DNA of 64,000 bases from Bdellovibrionales bacterium (GTDB lineage: Bacteria > Bdellovibrionota > Bdellovibrionia > Bdellovibrionales > JAGQZY01): assembly GCA_964230645.1 (NCBI GenBank), contig CAXRHT010000002.1, positions 192,001-256,000 of the forward strand. Direction: 5' to 3'. The notes beneath the pieces are model-generated. The model saw nothing but the letters and a program-made list of their open reading frames with translations, searched no databases and was not told where the DNA came from. Position 1 is the stretch's first letter. Every line of letters starts with the position of its first letter. A program made the translations under genes and the position numbers. Shown here one piece after another: positions 55,668 to 64,000 of the stretch.

Positions 55668-57290
55668 ATGACGATTGAGAATAAGCCGGGAAACTGGTGG
55701 AAAGGGGCCTCTCTTTACCAAGTTTACCCCCGTAGTTTTAAAGATAGTAATCAAGATGGCGTGGGTGACCTTAAAGGTCTGACCGAAAAACTTAATTATA
55801 TCGCCTCCCTTGGGGTGCAGGGTATCTGGCTAGGCCCTGTCTTTCAAAGTCCGATGGTGGACTTTGGCTATGACGTTTCTGATTATAAAAAAATCGACCC
55901 TCTCTTTGGAAGCGAAAACGATTTCGGCGAATTGGTGGAGGAGTGCCATAAACGGCAACTAAAAATTATTGCCGATCTTGTTTTAAGCCATACCTCTGAG
56001 CAACACTCTTGGTTCAAGCAAAGTGTGGAAAATCCCTTGGGCCCTTATGGTGATTGGTATGTGTGGAGTGATCCCGTTGACGGTGGAGAGCCCAATAACT
56101 GGCTTTCTGTTTTTGGAGGTTCGGCTTGGAGCTGGAATGAAAAAAGGCAGCAGTATTACCTACATAACTTTCTTAAAGAACAACCTGACCTTAATTTCCA
56201 TAACCCTCAAGTGAGAAAAGCCATTTTAGAGGTGGCCGAGTTTTGGCTCAATAGAGGCGTGGATGGTTTTAGACTTGATGCCTGCAACTGCTATTTTCAC
56301 GATGCTAGCCTTAAAAGCAACCCTGTGAGCCTTGAAAACACGGGCCACGTTCAAGATGAAAACAACCCCTACTTCAAACAAGTGCATATCTACGACAAAA
56401 GTCAGAAAGAAAACTATGACTTTATGGTGGAGCTTCGAAAACTCAGTGATCGCTATTCCAATCGCTTTTTAGTGGGTGAGGTTTTTTGTGACCGCGAAGT
56501 GGAGACCACAAAACTTTACACCGAAAATGCCTATCCTCTTCATTCTGCTTACAATTTCTCTCTCTTGCAAAATCAAAGAGAACCCGGCCTTTTTCGCTCC
56601 ACAGTCTCCACCTACTATAATATCTGCGAGGAGACCTCTTGGTCTTTATCCAATCACGATGTCACCAGAGTGGTCTCCCGCTGGAAAGATTCAAAAAACC
56701 TTGAGGACCGAGCAAAGTCCTATCTTACCCTATTGACCGGTTTACCGGGAATGATTTTTCTCTATCAAGGAGAAGAATTAGGACTGGAAGAAGCCAATTT
56801 GAGTTCTGAGTATCGTTTTGATCCTTTTGGTGAGAATATCGATAGCCCTTATCCTGGACGAGATGGCTGCAGAACACCTATTCCCTGGGTAGAGAATTCT
56901 CCTTTCTGTGGCTTTAGTGACAGCGAACCATGGTTGCCGATTGCAAAAAGCCATGAGTCACTAAATGTGCAGTCGCAACTAAAAGATCCTCACTCGGTTT
57001 TAAATTTTACTAAAACGTTATTGAAGTTCCGTAACGAAGAGCCTGTTTTTTCCAAAGGCAATATTCAATTTTGGTGTGATGATGAAAGTCTTTTGGCTTA
57101 CTCACGCAGCTTTGAGGGAAAAACCTATTTGGTTCTTTCTTCTTTTGCAACCAAAGAGCTTCGTCTTAAAGATGTGGAGGTTGTTAAAATAAAAACCGAA
57201 TTAAGTGCTGGTATTGAGTTGGACGAAAAGGGCACTCTTACTTTAAAACCGGGTGCCTTCGGGGTCGTCGCCATCGGAAGAGTGCGGTAA
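55668..57290 (+). CDS. GH13 alpha-glucosidase
   Basis: WWKGASLYQVYPRSFKDSNQDGVGDLKG, DFGYDVSDY, QPDLN, GVDGFRLDA, VGE, SNHD, YQGEELG, RDGCRTP. Confidence 0.93.
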   Translation: MTIENKPGNWWKGASLYQVYPRSFKDSNQDGVGDLKGLTEKLNYIASLGVQGIWLGPVFQSPMVDFGYDVSDYKKIDPLFGSENDFGELVEECHKRQLKIIADLVLSHTSEQHSWFKQSVENPLGPYGDWYVWSDPVDGGEPNNWLSVFGGSAWSWNEKRQQYYLHNFLKEQPDLNFHNPQVRKAILEVAEFWLNRGVDGFRLDACNCYFHDASLKSNPVSLENTGHVQDENNPYFKQVHIYDKSQKENYDFMVELRKLSDRYSNRFLVGEVFCDREVETTKLYTENAYPLHSAYNFSLLQNQREPGLFRSTVSTYYNICEETSWSLSNHDVTRVVSRWKDSKNLEDRAKSYLTLLTGLPGMIFLYQGEELGLEEANLSSEYRFDPFGENIDSPYPGRDGCRTPIPWVENSPFCGFSDSEPWLPIAKSHESLNVQSQLKDPHSVLNFTKTLLKFRNEEPVFSKGNIQFWCDDESLLAYSRSFEGKTYLVLSSFATKELRLKDVEVVKIKTELSAGIELDEKGTLTLKPGAFGVVAIGRVR

Positions 57291-58837
57291 TGGCGTTTTT
57301 TGACCTCTCTGTTATCGCTATTTATTTTGTTGTCGTCTTTCTTATCGGTGTTTGGGTTTCACGCTCTCTTGAAACATCTGAAGATCTCTTTTTAGCAGGA
57401 AGATCCCTTCCTTGGCCGGCTATTGGCTTTTCCCTTTTTGCCTCGAACATATCAAGCTCCACTATGATTGGCCTTGCGGGAGCGGCCTACTCCACAGGAA
57501 TCGCAGTGGCCAACTATGAATGGATGGCCTCCTTTGTACTTTTGGTCATGGCCTTTTTCTTTATACCTGTTTTTTTGCGCGCAAAAATCACCACTCTCCC
57601 TGAACTTCTAGAAAGACAGTTTGAGCGCAGAGCCCGAGTCTACTACTCATTGATTACTATTTTACTAAGTATCATTGTGGATACGGCGGGTGGGCTCTAT
57701 GCGGGATCACTGGCATTGAAAGTGTTCTTTCCTGATCTTCCCATTTGGCAGACCTGTGTGGCTCTCGCTCTTTTCGCAGGACTTTACACAGCGATCGGAG
57801 GGCTCAAAGCTGTTGTGTATACTGACTTTATTCAGGCCATTGTTTTACTTGTTGGCTCCTTTGTTCTTACATTTCTTGTTTTCCAAAGGCTCGATTTTTC
57901 CTGGGCCAGTGTTTTAAGCTCTGTTCCTCCCAACCATTTATCTTTGTTTCGTCCACTCGATGACCCGCATCTACCATGGCTTGGAACGATTTTTGGCCTT
58001 CCTGTTTTAGGGTTTTGGTACTGGTCGACCAATCAATACATCACTCAAAGAATCCTCGCGGCTAAAGACACTGAAAACGCCCGTTGGGGTGCCGTACTTG
58101 GTGGCTCCCTAAAACTTATTCCTCTGTTCACTATGGTTTTGCCAGGAGTAATGGCCATTCAACTTTTTCCCGACCTTCCTCATCCCGATATGGTCTATCC
58201 CACCTTAATAAAAGAAATTCTCCCTGTGGGTCTGACCGGTCTTGTGGTGGCAGGCCTGATTGCCGCCATTATGTCGAGCGTGGACTCAACTCTTAACTCA
58301 GCCTCCACCCTTGTTATTCATGATTTTGTGCTTCCCGCAAAACCTGGCATCTCCTCAGTTCAACTTTTAAGACTCAGTCGACTGGCCACAATCTTCTTTA
58401 TGGTGGTCGCAGCCCTTTGGGCTCCTTTTATAGGTGAGCTGGGTGGACTTTATTTTTATTTGCAGCAGTCTTTTTCAATTTTAGTTCCACCGGTTGTTGT
58501 TCTTTTCGTTATGGGTGTTTTTTCGAATAGAAAGGCCTATGGACTTGGCTTTTCCACCTTAGCCTTTGGACACTCTCTGGGTCTCCTATTTTTTCTACTG
58601 AATCAATTTGATTTAATAACTATTCACTTTAGTATTTCAGCTGGAATAGTGACGATTTTAAGTTTTGCGTTTTTCTTTTTATTAAGTGAGGCATCAGAAA
58701 CCCCTAAAGACAAAGACTTACGTTTTTATAAAGAAGACATTCTACCCACTAAAGAGGTGGCCTTTTATCAAGACTACCGCCTCTATGCACTGGTAACCTT
58801 TGTGCTTTTATCATTGATTGTGATTTACTTTCGGTAG
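57290..58837 (+). CDS. Sodium:solute symporter (SGLT-like)
   Basis: FLAGRSL, SLFASNISS, GGLKAVVYTD, WYWSTNQYITQR, AAIMSSVDS. Confidence 0.92.
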   Translation: MAFFDLSVIAIYFVVVFLIGVWVSRSLETSEDLFLAGRSLPWPAIGFSLFASNISSSTMIGLAGAAYSTGIAVANYEWMASFVLLVMAFFFIPVFLRAKITTLPELLERQFERRARVYYSLITILLSIIVDTAGGLYAGSLALKVFFPDLPIWQTCVALALFAGLYTAIGGLKAVVYTDFIQAIVLLVGSFVLTFLVFQRLDFSWASVLSSVPPNHLSLFRPLDDPHLPWLGTIFGLPVLGFWYWSTNQYITQRILAAKDTENARWGAVLGGSLKLIPLFTMVLPGVMAIQLFPDLPHPDMVYPTLIKEILPVGLTGLVVAGLIAAIMSSVDSTLNSASTLVIHDFVLPAKPGISSVQLLRLSRLATIFFMVVAALWAPFIGELGGLYFYLQQSFSILVPPVVVLFVMGVFSNRKAYGLGFSTLAFGHSLGLLFFLLNQFDLITIHFSISAGIVTILSFAFFFLLSEASETPKDKDLRFYKEDILPTKEVAFYQDYRLYALVTFVLLSLIVIYFR

Positions 58838-58849
58838 GGGATAAGACAA

Positions 58850-59794
58850 ATGAGCGTTGAAAGTAAAATTTTATCTATAGACATAGGGGGCACTAAAATT
58901 CGTGCCGGACTTTTCTATAATAACAACCTAGAGTCAGTAAAAAGCATCCCCACTCCGCAAGGAACGACCTCAGAGTTTCTGGGAGGGCTTGTTTCTTTTT
59001 TGCAGAATAGCTATGACATCAAAGCGATTGATCTTGTTTCCATTGCTTCAGCGGGTCCCGTTGATACTCAGAACGGGGTCCTTCTTAATCCAGCCAATAT
59101 CGGTGATGGCTCTGAAAGCTGGGGCTTTTTCGAACTAAAGCAAAACCTACAAGCCATTCTTGATAAGCCGGTCCTTGTGGAAAATGACGCCGCCATGACC
59201 GCCTACGGTTATTTTTTTGAAAACCAGAAACAAAATTCTAATTTCGTGATGATGACTCTTGGTACGGGCGTGGGAGTTGGCACGATTATTTATGGAAAGT
59301 TACAAAAATCCGCAAAAGGAATGCATCCAGAGCTTGGACATTTAGTTTTAAGAGAATCCCATGAAGAGAATCTCGGACAGGTGAAAGGTTATGAAACGGT
59401 TGAAACCTGTCTTTCCGGCTTCCATTTTTCTAGACGGGTAGGACAAGAAACAAAACAAAAGCTTAATGGGGAAGACTTGATTGCTTTGAGTTCAAAAGAC
59501 CCTCAAACCTATACCCCATTCTGGGAGCAGTACGCTAAAGATATGGCAGCCTTTTGGTGTAATCTGACCCACATTTATTATCCCGAGAAATTTGTTCTCG
59601 GAGGAGGATTTATCAAAGGAGCTCAAGAATTTTTTCTTAGTAAGTCTGTCGATTATTATAAAAGGTATCTGCAAAAATCTCAGCACTCAAATCCATCCTT
59701 GCCCGCGATCGAAGTGGTCAAAAATCTTGACGAACTCCCTCTGCTTGGAGCGGCGGCTTGGGCTCTAAAAAATCAAAAAAATACAAGCCTTTAG
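58850..59794 (+). CDS. ROK-family sugar kinase
   Basis: IDIGGTKI, VENDA, LGTGVGVG, ELGH, VLGGG, LLGAA. Confidence 0.88.
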   Translation: MSVESKILSIDIGGTKIRAGLFYNNNLESVKSIPTPQGTTSEFLGGLVSFLQNSYDIKAIDLVSIASAGPVDTQNGVLLNPANIGDGSESWGFFELKQNLQAILDKPVLVENDAAMTAYGYFFENQKQNSNFVMMTLGTGVGVGTIIYGKLQKSAKGMHPELGHLVLRESHEENLGQVKGYETVETCLSGFHFSRRVGQETKQKLNGEDLIALSSKDPQTYTPFWEQYAKDMAAFWCNLTHIYYPEKFVLGGGFIKGAQEFFLSKSVDYYKRYLQKSQHSNPSLPAIEVVKNLDELPLLGAAAWALKNQKNTSL

Positions 59795-59888
59795 CCGAAA
59801 TGATTAAAACCACCAGCAAGATTCATCTCTAATTTCTCACTACGAGACAACGACAAAGAAATATTCAACAGAATCCAGGGCATAAGCT

Positions 59889-59915
59889 TAAAACTAGTAG
59901 GTGAAAAACCGATAA
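59889..59915 (+). promoter_or_regulatory. sigma28 (FliA)-like promoter
   Basis: TAAA-N15-ACCGATAA, one mismatch to TAAA-N15-GCCGATAA. Confidence 0.65.
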
Positions 59916-59922
59916 AAGTACC

Positions 59923-62900
59923 ATGAAATTCCTGCTGGTCTGCTTTGTGTTTTTTCTCCCTTTTACTTTTGCTGAGGTAACTTTAGCAGGTTCAACAAAA
60001 CAAAAGCATTCACCTAGAAAAATAGAATGGGGCTACAAGAAACTACCTATTTTAAAAAGACAAAAGAGGGATTACTTACCAAGACGCGTTCGTGTGGGAC
60101 GGAAAACATTTTTAAAAGCCCGCATGCAAAAAGGTTCCGCCACCCATCCTTACTGGGGCATTGAACAGCTTTATACCGATGTTCGTTTAGAGAAAATTGT
60201 GGCGGTGAAAAAACGAGTGGTCGTTAGTGGTGAAAATGTTGTGGGTGGTTGGAGAAAGTTAAATAAAGGCTATGTGCTTCATCTAAAAAGAGGCCAACTT
60301 GTAACAGCCTATTTCACCCAAGGATTAGATCACAGAGAGCGTTATTACTTGGAAAGAAAACTGCGCCGCGCTCATAAAGTCGCCCATTGGACCGAGCTTT
60401 TTTTCAAATCCGCTTATGCCAGTGAAGTGACGGGTGGAGGAGGCACCGGTGCAACTGACCCAGCTCGCCCCAGAGAACTAACAGGAGATGATTTTGGCCC
60501 AAGACAGATCGCTGTGCACACGGCGAAGTGTGTGGGCTCCTCGGTCGCTGAAGGGGCTGTGGAGGCAGTGGGAAATTCTTGGGAAGGCTTAAAGAGTGCG
60601 GGATCTTCGGTGCGCGATGCAGGCTCAGCCCTTGTGAACGATTTTCGAGGTTCCATGCAAAATGTTGGAAATTGGTTATGGGACCGGGGTGAAGCCGTGG
60701 TCGATGCCGGAGGACAGGCCGTAAACTATGTCGGCGAGGCGATCATAGATCCCAGCATGGTTCGCGATGACATCATGAATGCGGTCAACCAAACAGTGGA
60801 GGTCGCCCAAAGACTTTATCAAGCTCTCGCCAACACCATAACTGGCTGGGATGAACTGCCCGGCCCCATCAAAGCGGAAATAATGTGTATGGGAATTCTC
60901 ATCGGAGGCCCCACTTTGGCTGCAGGTCTACTAGCTTGGACCGGTGTGGGATCGGCTATGTCGGCAAGGCTTGCCGCATGGGTGGCCGGTTTTGCAGGGA
61001 GAGTGGCGGGAGTCCTTCCACAACTGATGCAAATTTGGAACAGTGCTAGTGGAAGTGTTCAAGAAAAAATGACTCAAATTAGACAGACTTGGACAAACTT
61101 TATGGAGGATGAGTCTTCAGGCTCTCCCACTCCCGTCACAACAGCTGGAGCGGCTAGTGGTAATGGAGATTATGTGGGATTTCGAAATCGATATCCCGAT
61201 GGGAGTGCTCGTAACCAAGCCATGGCCGCTAACCGCGCTTTGAACGATAGCGAAAGAATCTCCGCCATTGAGGAACAACTCGGCGTCACTCTGACAGCCT
61301 CCCAACGACAAAGACTTCTTGAAATTCATAATGTGCAATGTGCTTCTCAGACCTGTACGGCTCAGGAGATCAGAGACTTAAAAGATCTCCGCGGTGTCAT
61401 GGCGATGTTCCCCGATGTTCCAAGGGAAAGAGTTCTTGATCTTTACCGCTCAAACCTACTGGGAGGAGAAGAAGTGGATATGTCGGAATTTGCCGATCTT
61501 CTCAATCAACCCGCTTTTCCAAGAGCCCCTAGACAGACTCCTGATGAAATCGCGGCGGCTCGGTTAAGCGGAATGCAAAGCGACTTAAACAGTATTGACG
61601 AGAGAATCGCCCAACTTCAAGCCAATCCCAATCACTCCTCTATCGAGATGGCGGACCTTAGACGTCGAAGGAACTTACTTCTCAGTGCCATCGCAAGAGA
61701 AGAGGTGGAACAAGCCGATGTTGACATGAGTGAGTTTGAAGCTCTCTTGCAACAACCCGTTAATCTTTCTCGTAGAGATGCTGATGCTCCGGAAGGGGAA
61801 GCTGTAGAAATTGATCCCGATTCACGCTTGGCTCGTGATGCCTATGGAGCGAATGCCGATGAAGACGATCAAATGGGTGACGTGATGGCAGCAGTGAATC
61901 AAGAGATCACAGACGCTGACCGCGAAGAATTTCAGGCTTTACTTAGAATGACAGGAATTGAAAGACCGATTCTGGAAAGAGCCCACGATAGATTTGAAAG
62001 AGCCACCGAGACGGCTCCTGAATCTGCTCGTTATGTTTCGCCTTCCACAGGTGAAATGACCGACGTTCGCGTGATTGGGGTAGGTGAGGGTGAAGGACTG
62101 GATCAATTGGTTCGAGTTCGAGTTCGCACAGAAGATGGTCGTGTGGTAACTAGAAATGTTCGCATGGGATCTCTTGTTCCCGACGGAGAGGCTGACACTC
62201 TACAAGCCATAAGTGGCCCCAATGGCACTCAAGGTATTGTCGATGAGATGGCAAGGAACGCAACCAGTGACCGTGAAAGAATTAGAGAATTGGACCGGGA
62301 AATAGAGCAAGCCTCAAGAGATCGGGACATGGCAGCCTCAATAAAACTGACCAATGAACGCGACGAACTAGCAAGAAGAGACACCCCATTAAGAAACAAT
62401 GAGGTCGATGCCATTCAAGCCGTATCAGAAGCCTTTACTGCGGAAGGTGTGGCCGAGCGTATTCCTCTTAATGTTTTACCCAATGGACAGATCCAAATAC
62501 GGCCGGGCTACAATGGGCGAGAGTTAAGTTTCACGCCAGAAGAGATGAGAGACTTTCAAAGAGTGCAGTCCTATGTGGATGCAAGAAGGGGAGCAGCAAG
62601 GGCCGAAGAAGACCAGGCTTTATTTCAAAGAGTGAGTGAACTCAACCCCAATGAACTTTTAAGGCAAAGAGCTTTGAACCGCCAACGACAACTCACCCGT
62701 GAGATGGCAAGCTTTACTAACAATCGATCAAGGCCTTATGAGATTCCTCGTTTTGCAGAGTACAGACAGTATGACCCTAGAAGCCTTTCACAGGCCTACG
62801 GATCTTCAAGCTCCATTCGCCAAGCTCTCGAAACGGTTGATACAATTATTCGCTCACCCAGTCCCACTTTAGGGACACAAGACATCACTCAACTTAATCG

Positions 62901-63033
62901 TGCATTGGGAACTTTAACGGATCGAAGATATCAAAATATTATCAACGAAAACCCAGCGCTCAGAGACTACCTTAACTTCGCCGCCAACCGAGCAGCGGAA
63001 TCCTCACTTCGTCATATGCGAGACGGACTTTAG
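59923..63033 (+). CDS. Large secreted hypothetical protein with internal hydrophobic Gly/Ala segment
   Basis: 1036-aa ORF with signal peptide; internal repeat VDMSEFxxLLxQP x2. Confidence 0.75.
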   Translation: MKFLLVCFVFFLPFTFAEVTLAGSTKQKHSPRKIEWGYKKLPILKRQKRDYLPRRVRVGRKTFLKARMQKGSATHPYWGIEQLYTDVRLEKIVAVKKRVVVSGENVVGGWRKLNKGYVLHLKRGQLVTAYFTQGLDHRERYYLERKLRRAHKVAHWTELFFKSAYASEVTGGGGTGATDPARPRELTGDDFGPRQIAVHTAKCVGSSVAEGAVEAVGNSWEGLKSAGSSVRDAGSALVNDFRGSMQNVGNWLWDRGEAVVDAGGQAVNYVGEAIIDPSMVRDDIMNAVNQTVEVAQRLYQALANTITGWDELPGPIKAEIMCMGILIGGPTLAAGLLAWTGVGSAMSARLAAWVAGFAGRVAGVLPQLMQIWNSASGSVQEKMTQIRQTWTNFMEDESSGSPTPVTTAGAASGNGDYVGFRNRYPDGSARNQAMAANRALNDSERISAIEEQLGVTLTASQRQRLLEIHNVQCASQTCTAQEIRDLKDLRGVMAMFPDVPRERVLDLYRSNLLGGEEVDMSEFADLLNQPAFPRAPRQTPDEIAAARLSGMQSDLNSIDERIAQLQANPNHSSIEMADLRRRRNLLLSAIAREEVEQADVDMSEFEALLQQPVNLSRRDADAPEGEAVEIDPDSRLARDAYGANADEDDQMGDVMAAVNQEITDADREEFQALLRMTGIERPILERAHDRFERATETAPESARYVSPSTGEMTDVRVIGVGEGEGLDQLVRVRVRTEDGRVVTRNVRMGSLVPDGEADTLQAISGPNGTQGIVDEMARNATSDRERIRELDREIEQASRDRDMAASIKLTNERDELARRDTPLRNNEVDAIQAVSEAFTAEGVAERIPLNVLPNGQIQIRPGYNGRELSFTPEEMRDFQRVQSYVDARRGAARAEEDQALFQRVSELNPNELLRQRALNRQRQLTREMASFTNNRSRPYEIPRFAEYRQYDPRSLSQAYGSSSSIRQALETVDTIIRSPSPTLGTQDITQLNRALGTLTDRRYQNIINENPALRDYLNFAANRAAESSLRHMRDGL

Positions 63034-63035
63034 TA

Positions 63036-63063
63036 GAAAACAGGGGCTAAGCCCCCTGTTTTC
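63036..63063. terminator. Intrinsic terminator
   Basis: GAAAACAGGGG...CCCCTGTTTTC stem. Confidence 0.7.
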
Positions 63064-63084
63064 GATCTGATCGTTCAAAAAGCC

Positions 63085-63129
63085 TTGAACTTCTAAGAAA
63101 TTCGATATATGTATGTTTTATGTAAGTAA
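63085..63129 (+). promoter_or_regulatory. sigma70-like promoter with inverted copy of the imuA operator
   Basis: TTGAAC at 63085-63090; ATATGTATGTTTTATGTAAGTAA at 63107-63129. Confidence 0.65.
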
Positions 63130-63154
63130 TTTGCGCCTAACCGGAGGCCTCAAC

Positions 63155-64000
63155 ATGGATGTACAGAAAAAACTTGAAATACTGGCCGATGCGGCCAAAT
63201 ACGATGCTTCTTGCGCCAGCAGTGGATCTAAAAGAAAAGCTAAAAAAGGGTTCTTGGGAGACTCCAACTCTGTTGGAATTTGCCATAGCTACACACCCGA
63301 TGGACGATGCGTTTCTCTTTTAAAAGTTCTTTTTAGCAATCACTGTATTTATGATTGCAAATACTGTGTGAACCGAGTGACAAGCGATGTCCCACGCGCC
63401 AGTTTTACGGTGCAAGAAATCGTGGACCTTACCATCAACTTTTATAAAAGAAACTATATTGAAGGCCTCTTTTTAAGCTCTGGAATATTCAAGGACTCAG
63501 ACACCACAATGAACCAACTCACGGAGGTGGCTAGAAAGCTCCGTGTAGAGGAAAGGTTCAATGGCTACATTCATCTTAAAGCTGTGGCCGGAGCCAGTGA
63601 CGAAGTTCTGGCTGAGGCCAGTCTTTATGCCGATCGGCTCAGTGCCAATATCGAACTCTCTGAAGATCAGGAACTAAAAGAATTAGCCCCAGGAAAAACC
63701 CATGCCTCCGTTTTTCAAGCCATGGGAAAACTCAAAGAGGTAAAATCTGAGGGAGCCACCGAACAGAAGAGCCGACTTCCCTCTGCTTTAAAAAATCGCC
63801 TCACGCCAGCCGGACAAAGCACACAAATGATCGTGGGAGCCACGGGGAGCGCAGACCGAAGTCTACTTAAAAGGTCCAGTGAGCTCTATTCACGCTTTGA
63901 ACTCAAAAGAGTCTATTACTCCTCCTACAGTCCAATTCAAAAAAGCTCTCCTCTTCTTCCCTCCAAACAACCGGAACTCGTTAGAGAGCATCGACTCTAT
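63155..64000 (+). CDS. Putative DNA modification/repair radical SAM protein (TIGR03916-like; truncated by window end)
   Basis: Not in the ORF track; GGAGG SD, MDVQKKLEILADAAKYDASCASSG...GICHSYTPDGRCVSLLK...NHCIYDCKYCVNR (CxxxCxxC)...NFYKRNYIEGLFLSSG...AGQSTQMIVGA. Confidence 0.9.
   Translation, partial: MDVQKKLEILADAAKYDASCASSGSKRKAKKGFLGDSNSVGICHSYTPDGRCVSLLKVLFSNHCIYDCKYCVNRVTSDVPRASFTVQEIVDLTINFYKRNYIEGLFLSSGIFKDSDTTMNQLTEVARKLRVEERFNGYIHLKAVAGASDEVLAEASLYADRLSANIELSEDQELKELAPGKTHASVFQAMGKLKEVKSEGATEQKSRLPSALKNRLTPAGQSTQMIVGATGSADRSLLKRSSELYSRFELKRVYYSSYSPIQKSSPLLPSKQPELVREHRLY

Noticed and set aside
1..64000. rRNA, tRNA, prophage, integrase or transposase genes, anti-phage systems
   Set aside because: No recognisable signatures by eye; very divergent examples among the orphan ORFs cannot be excluded.

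Overview
A 64-kb, gene-dense bacterial chromosomal segment of roughly 40-45% GC (estimated by eye). It is rich in orphan secreted proteins and lipoproteins and carries sigma28- and sigma54-type promoters, which suggests a Bdellovibrionota-like organism (inference). Recognisable loci are: glutaryl-CoA dehydrogenase with a fused 2-oxoacid dehydrogenase E1 and a FabD-like acyltransferase; two heme-c (CxxCH) loci with Tat-exported partners (DUF1592/DUF1552-like and DUF1585/DUF1501-like); a Cyc2-like cytochrome-porin opposite YceI and a cytochrome c lipoprotein; SRAP, an OYE reductase, SSADH and SodC; an imuA-imuB-dnaE2 cassette; a TolC-MFP-RND-TetR operon; a GH13-SSS-ROK sugar operon; and a DNA-repair radical SAM gene cut by the window end. 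No rRNA, tRNA, CRISPR or transposase was seen. The intergenic DNA holds five REP-like palindrome clusters and three long hairpin/MITE-like elements. The main leads are: (1) a 23-bp direct-repeat operator shared (21/23 identity) by imuA-imuB-dnaE2 and the repair radical SAM gene, a candidate SOS box; (2) the Cyc2-like/YceI/cytochrome module; (3) two lipoproteins with C-terminal self-processing domains (Hint and FrpC-type SPM); (4) an alpha-carbonic anhydrase lacking all three Zn ligands; (5) a SRAP gene that apparently needs an ATT start; (6) an RND system lacking the TM4 aspartates and the adaptor hairpin. All family calls come from motif recognition by eye; no database search was run.
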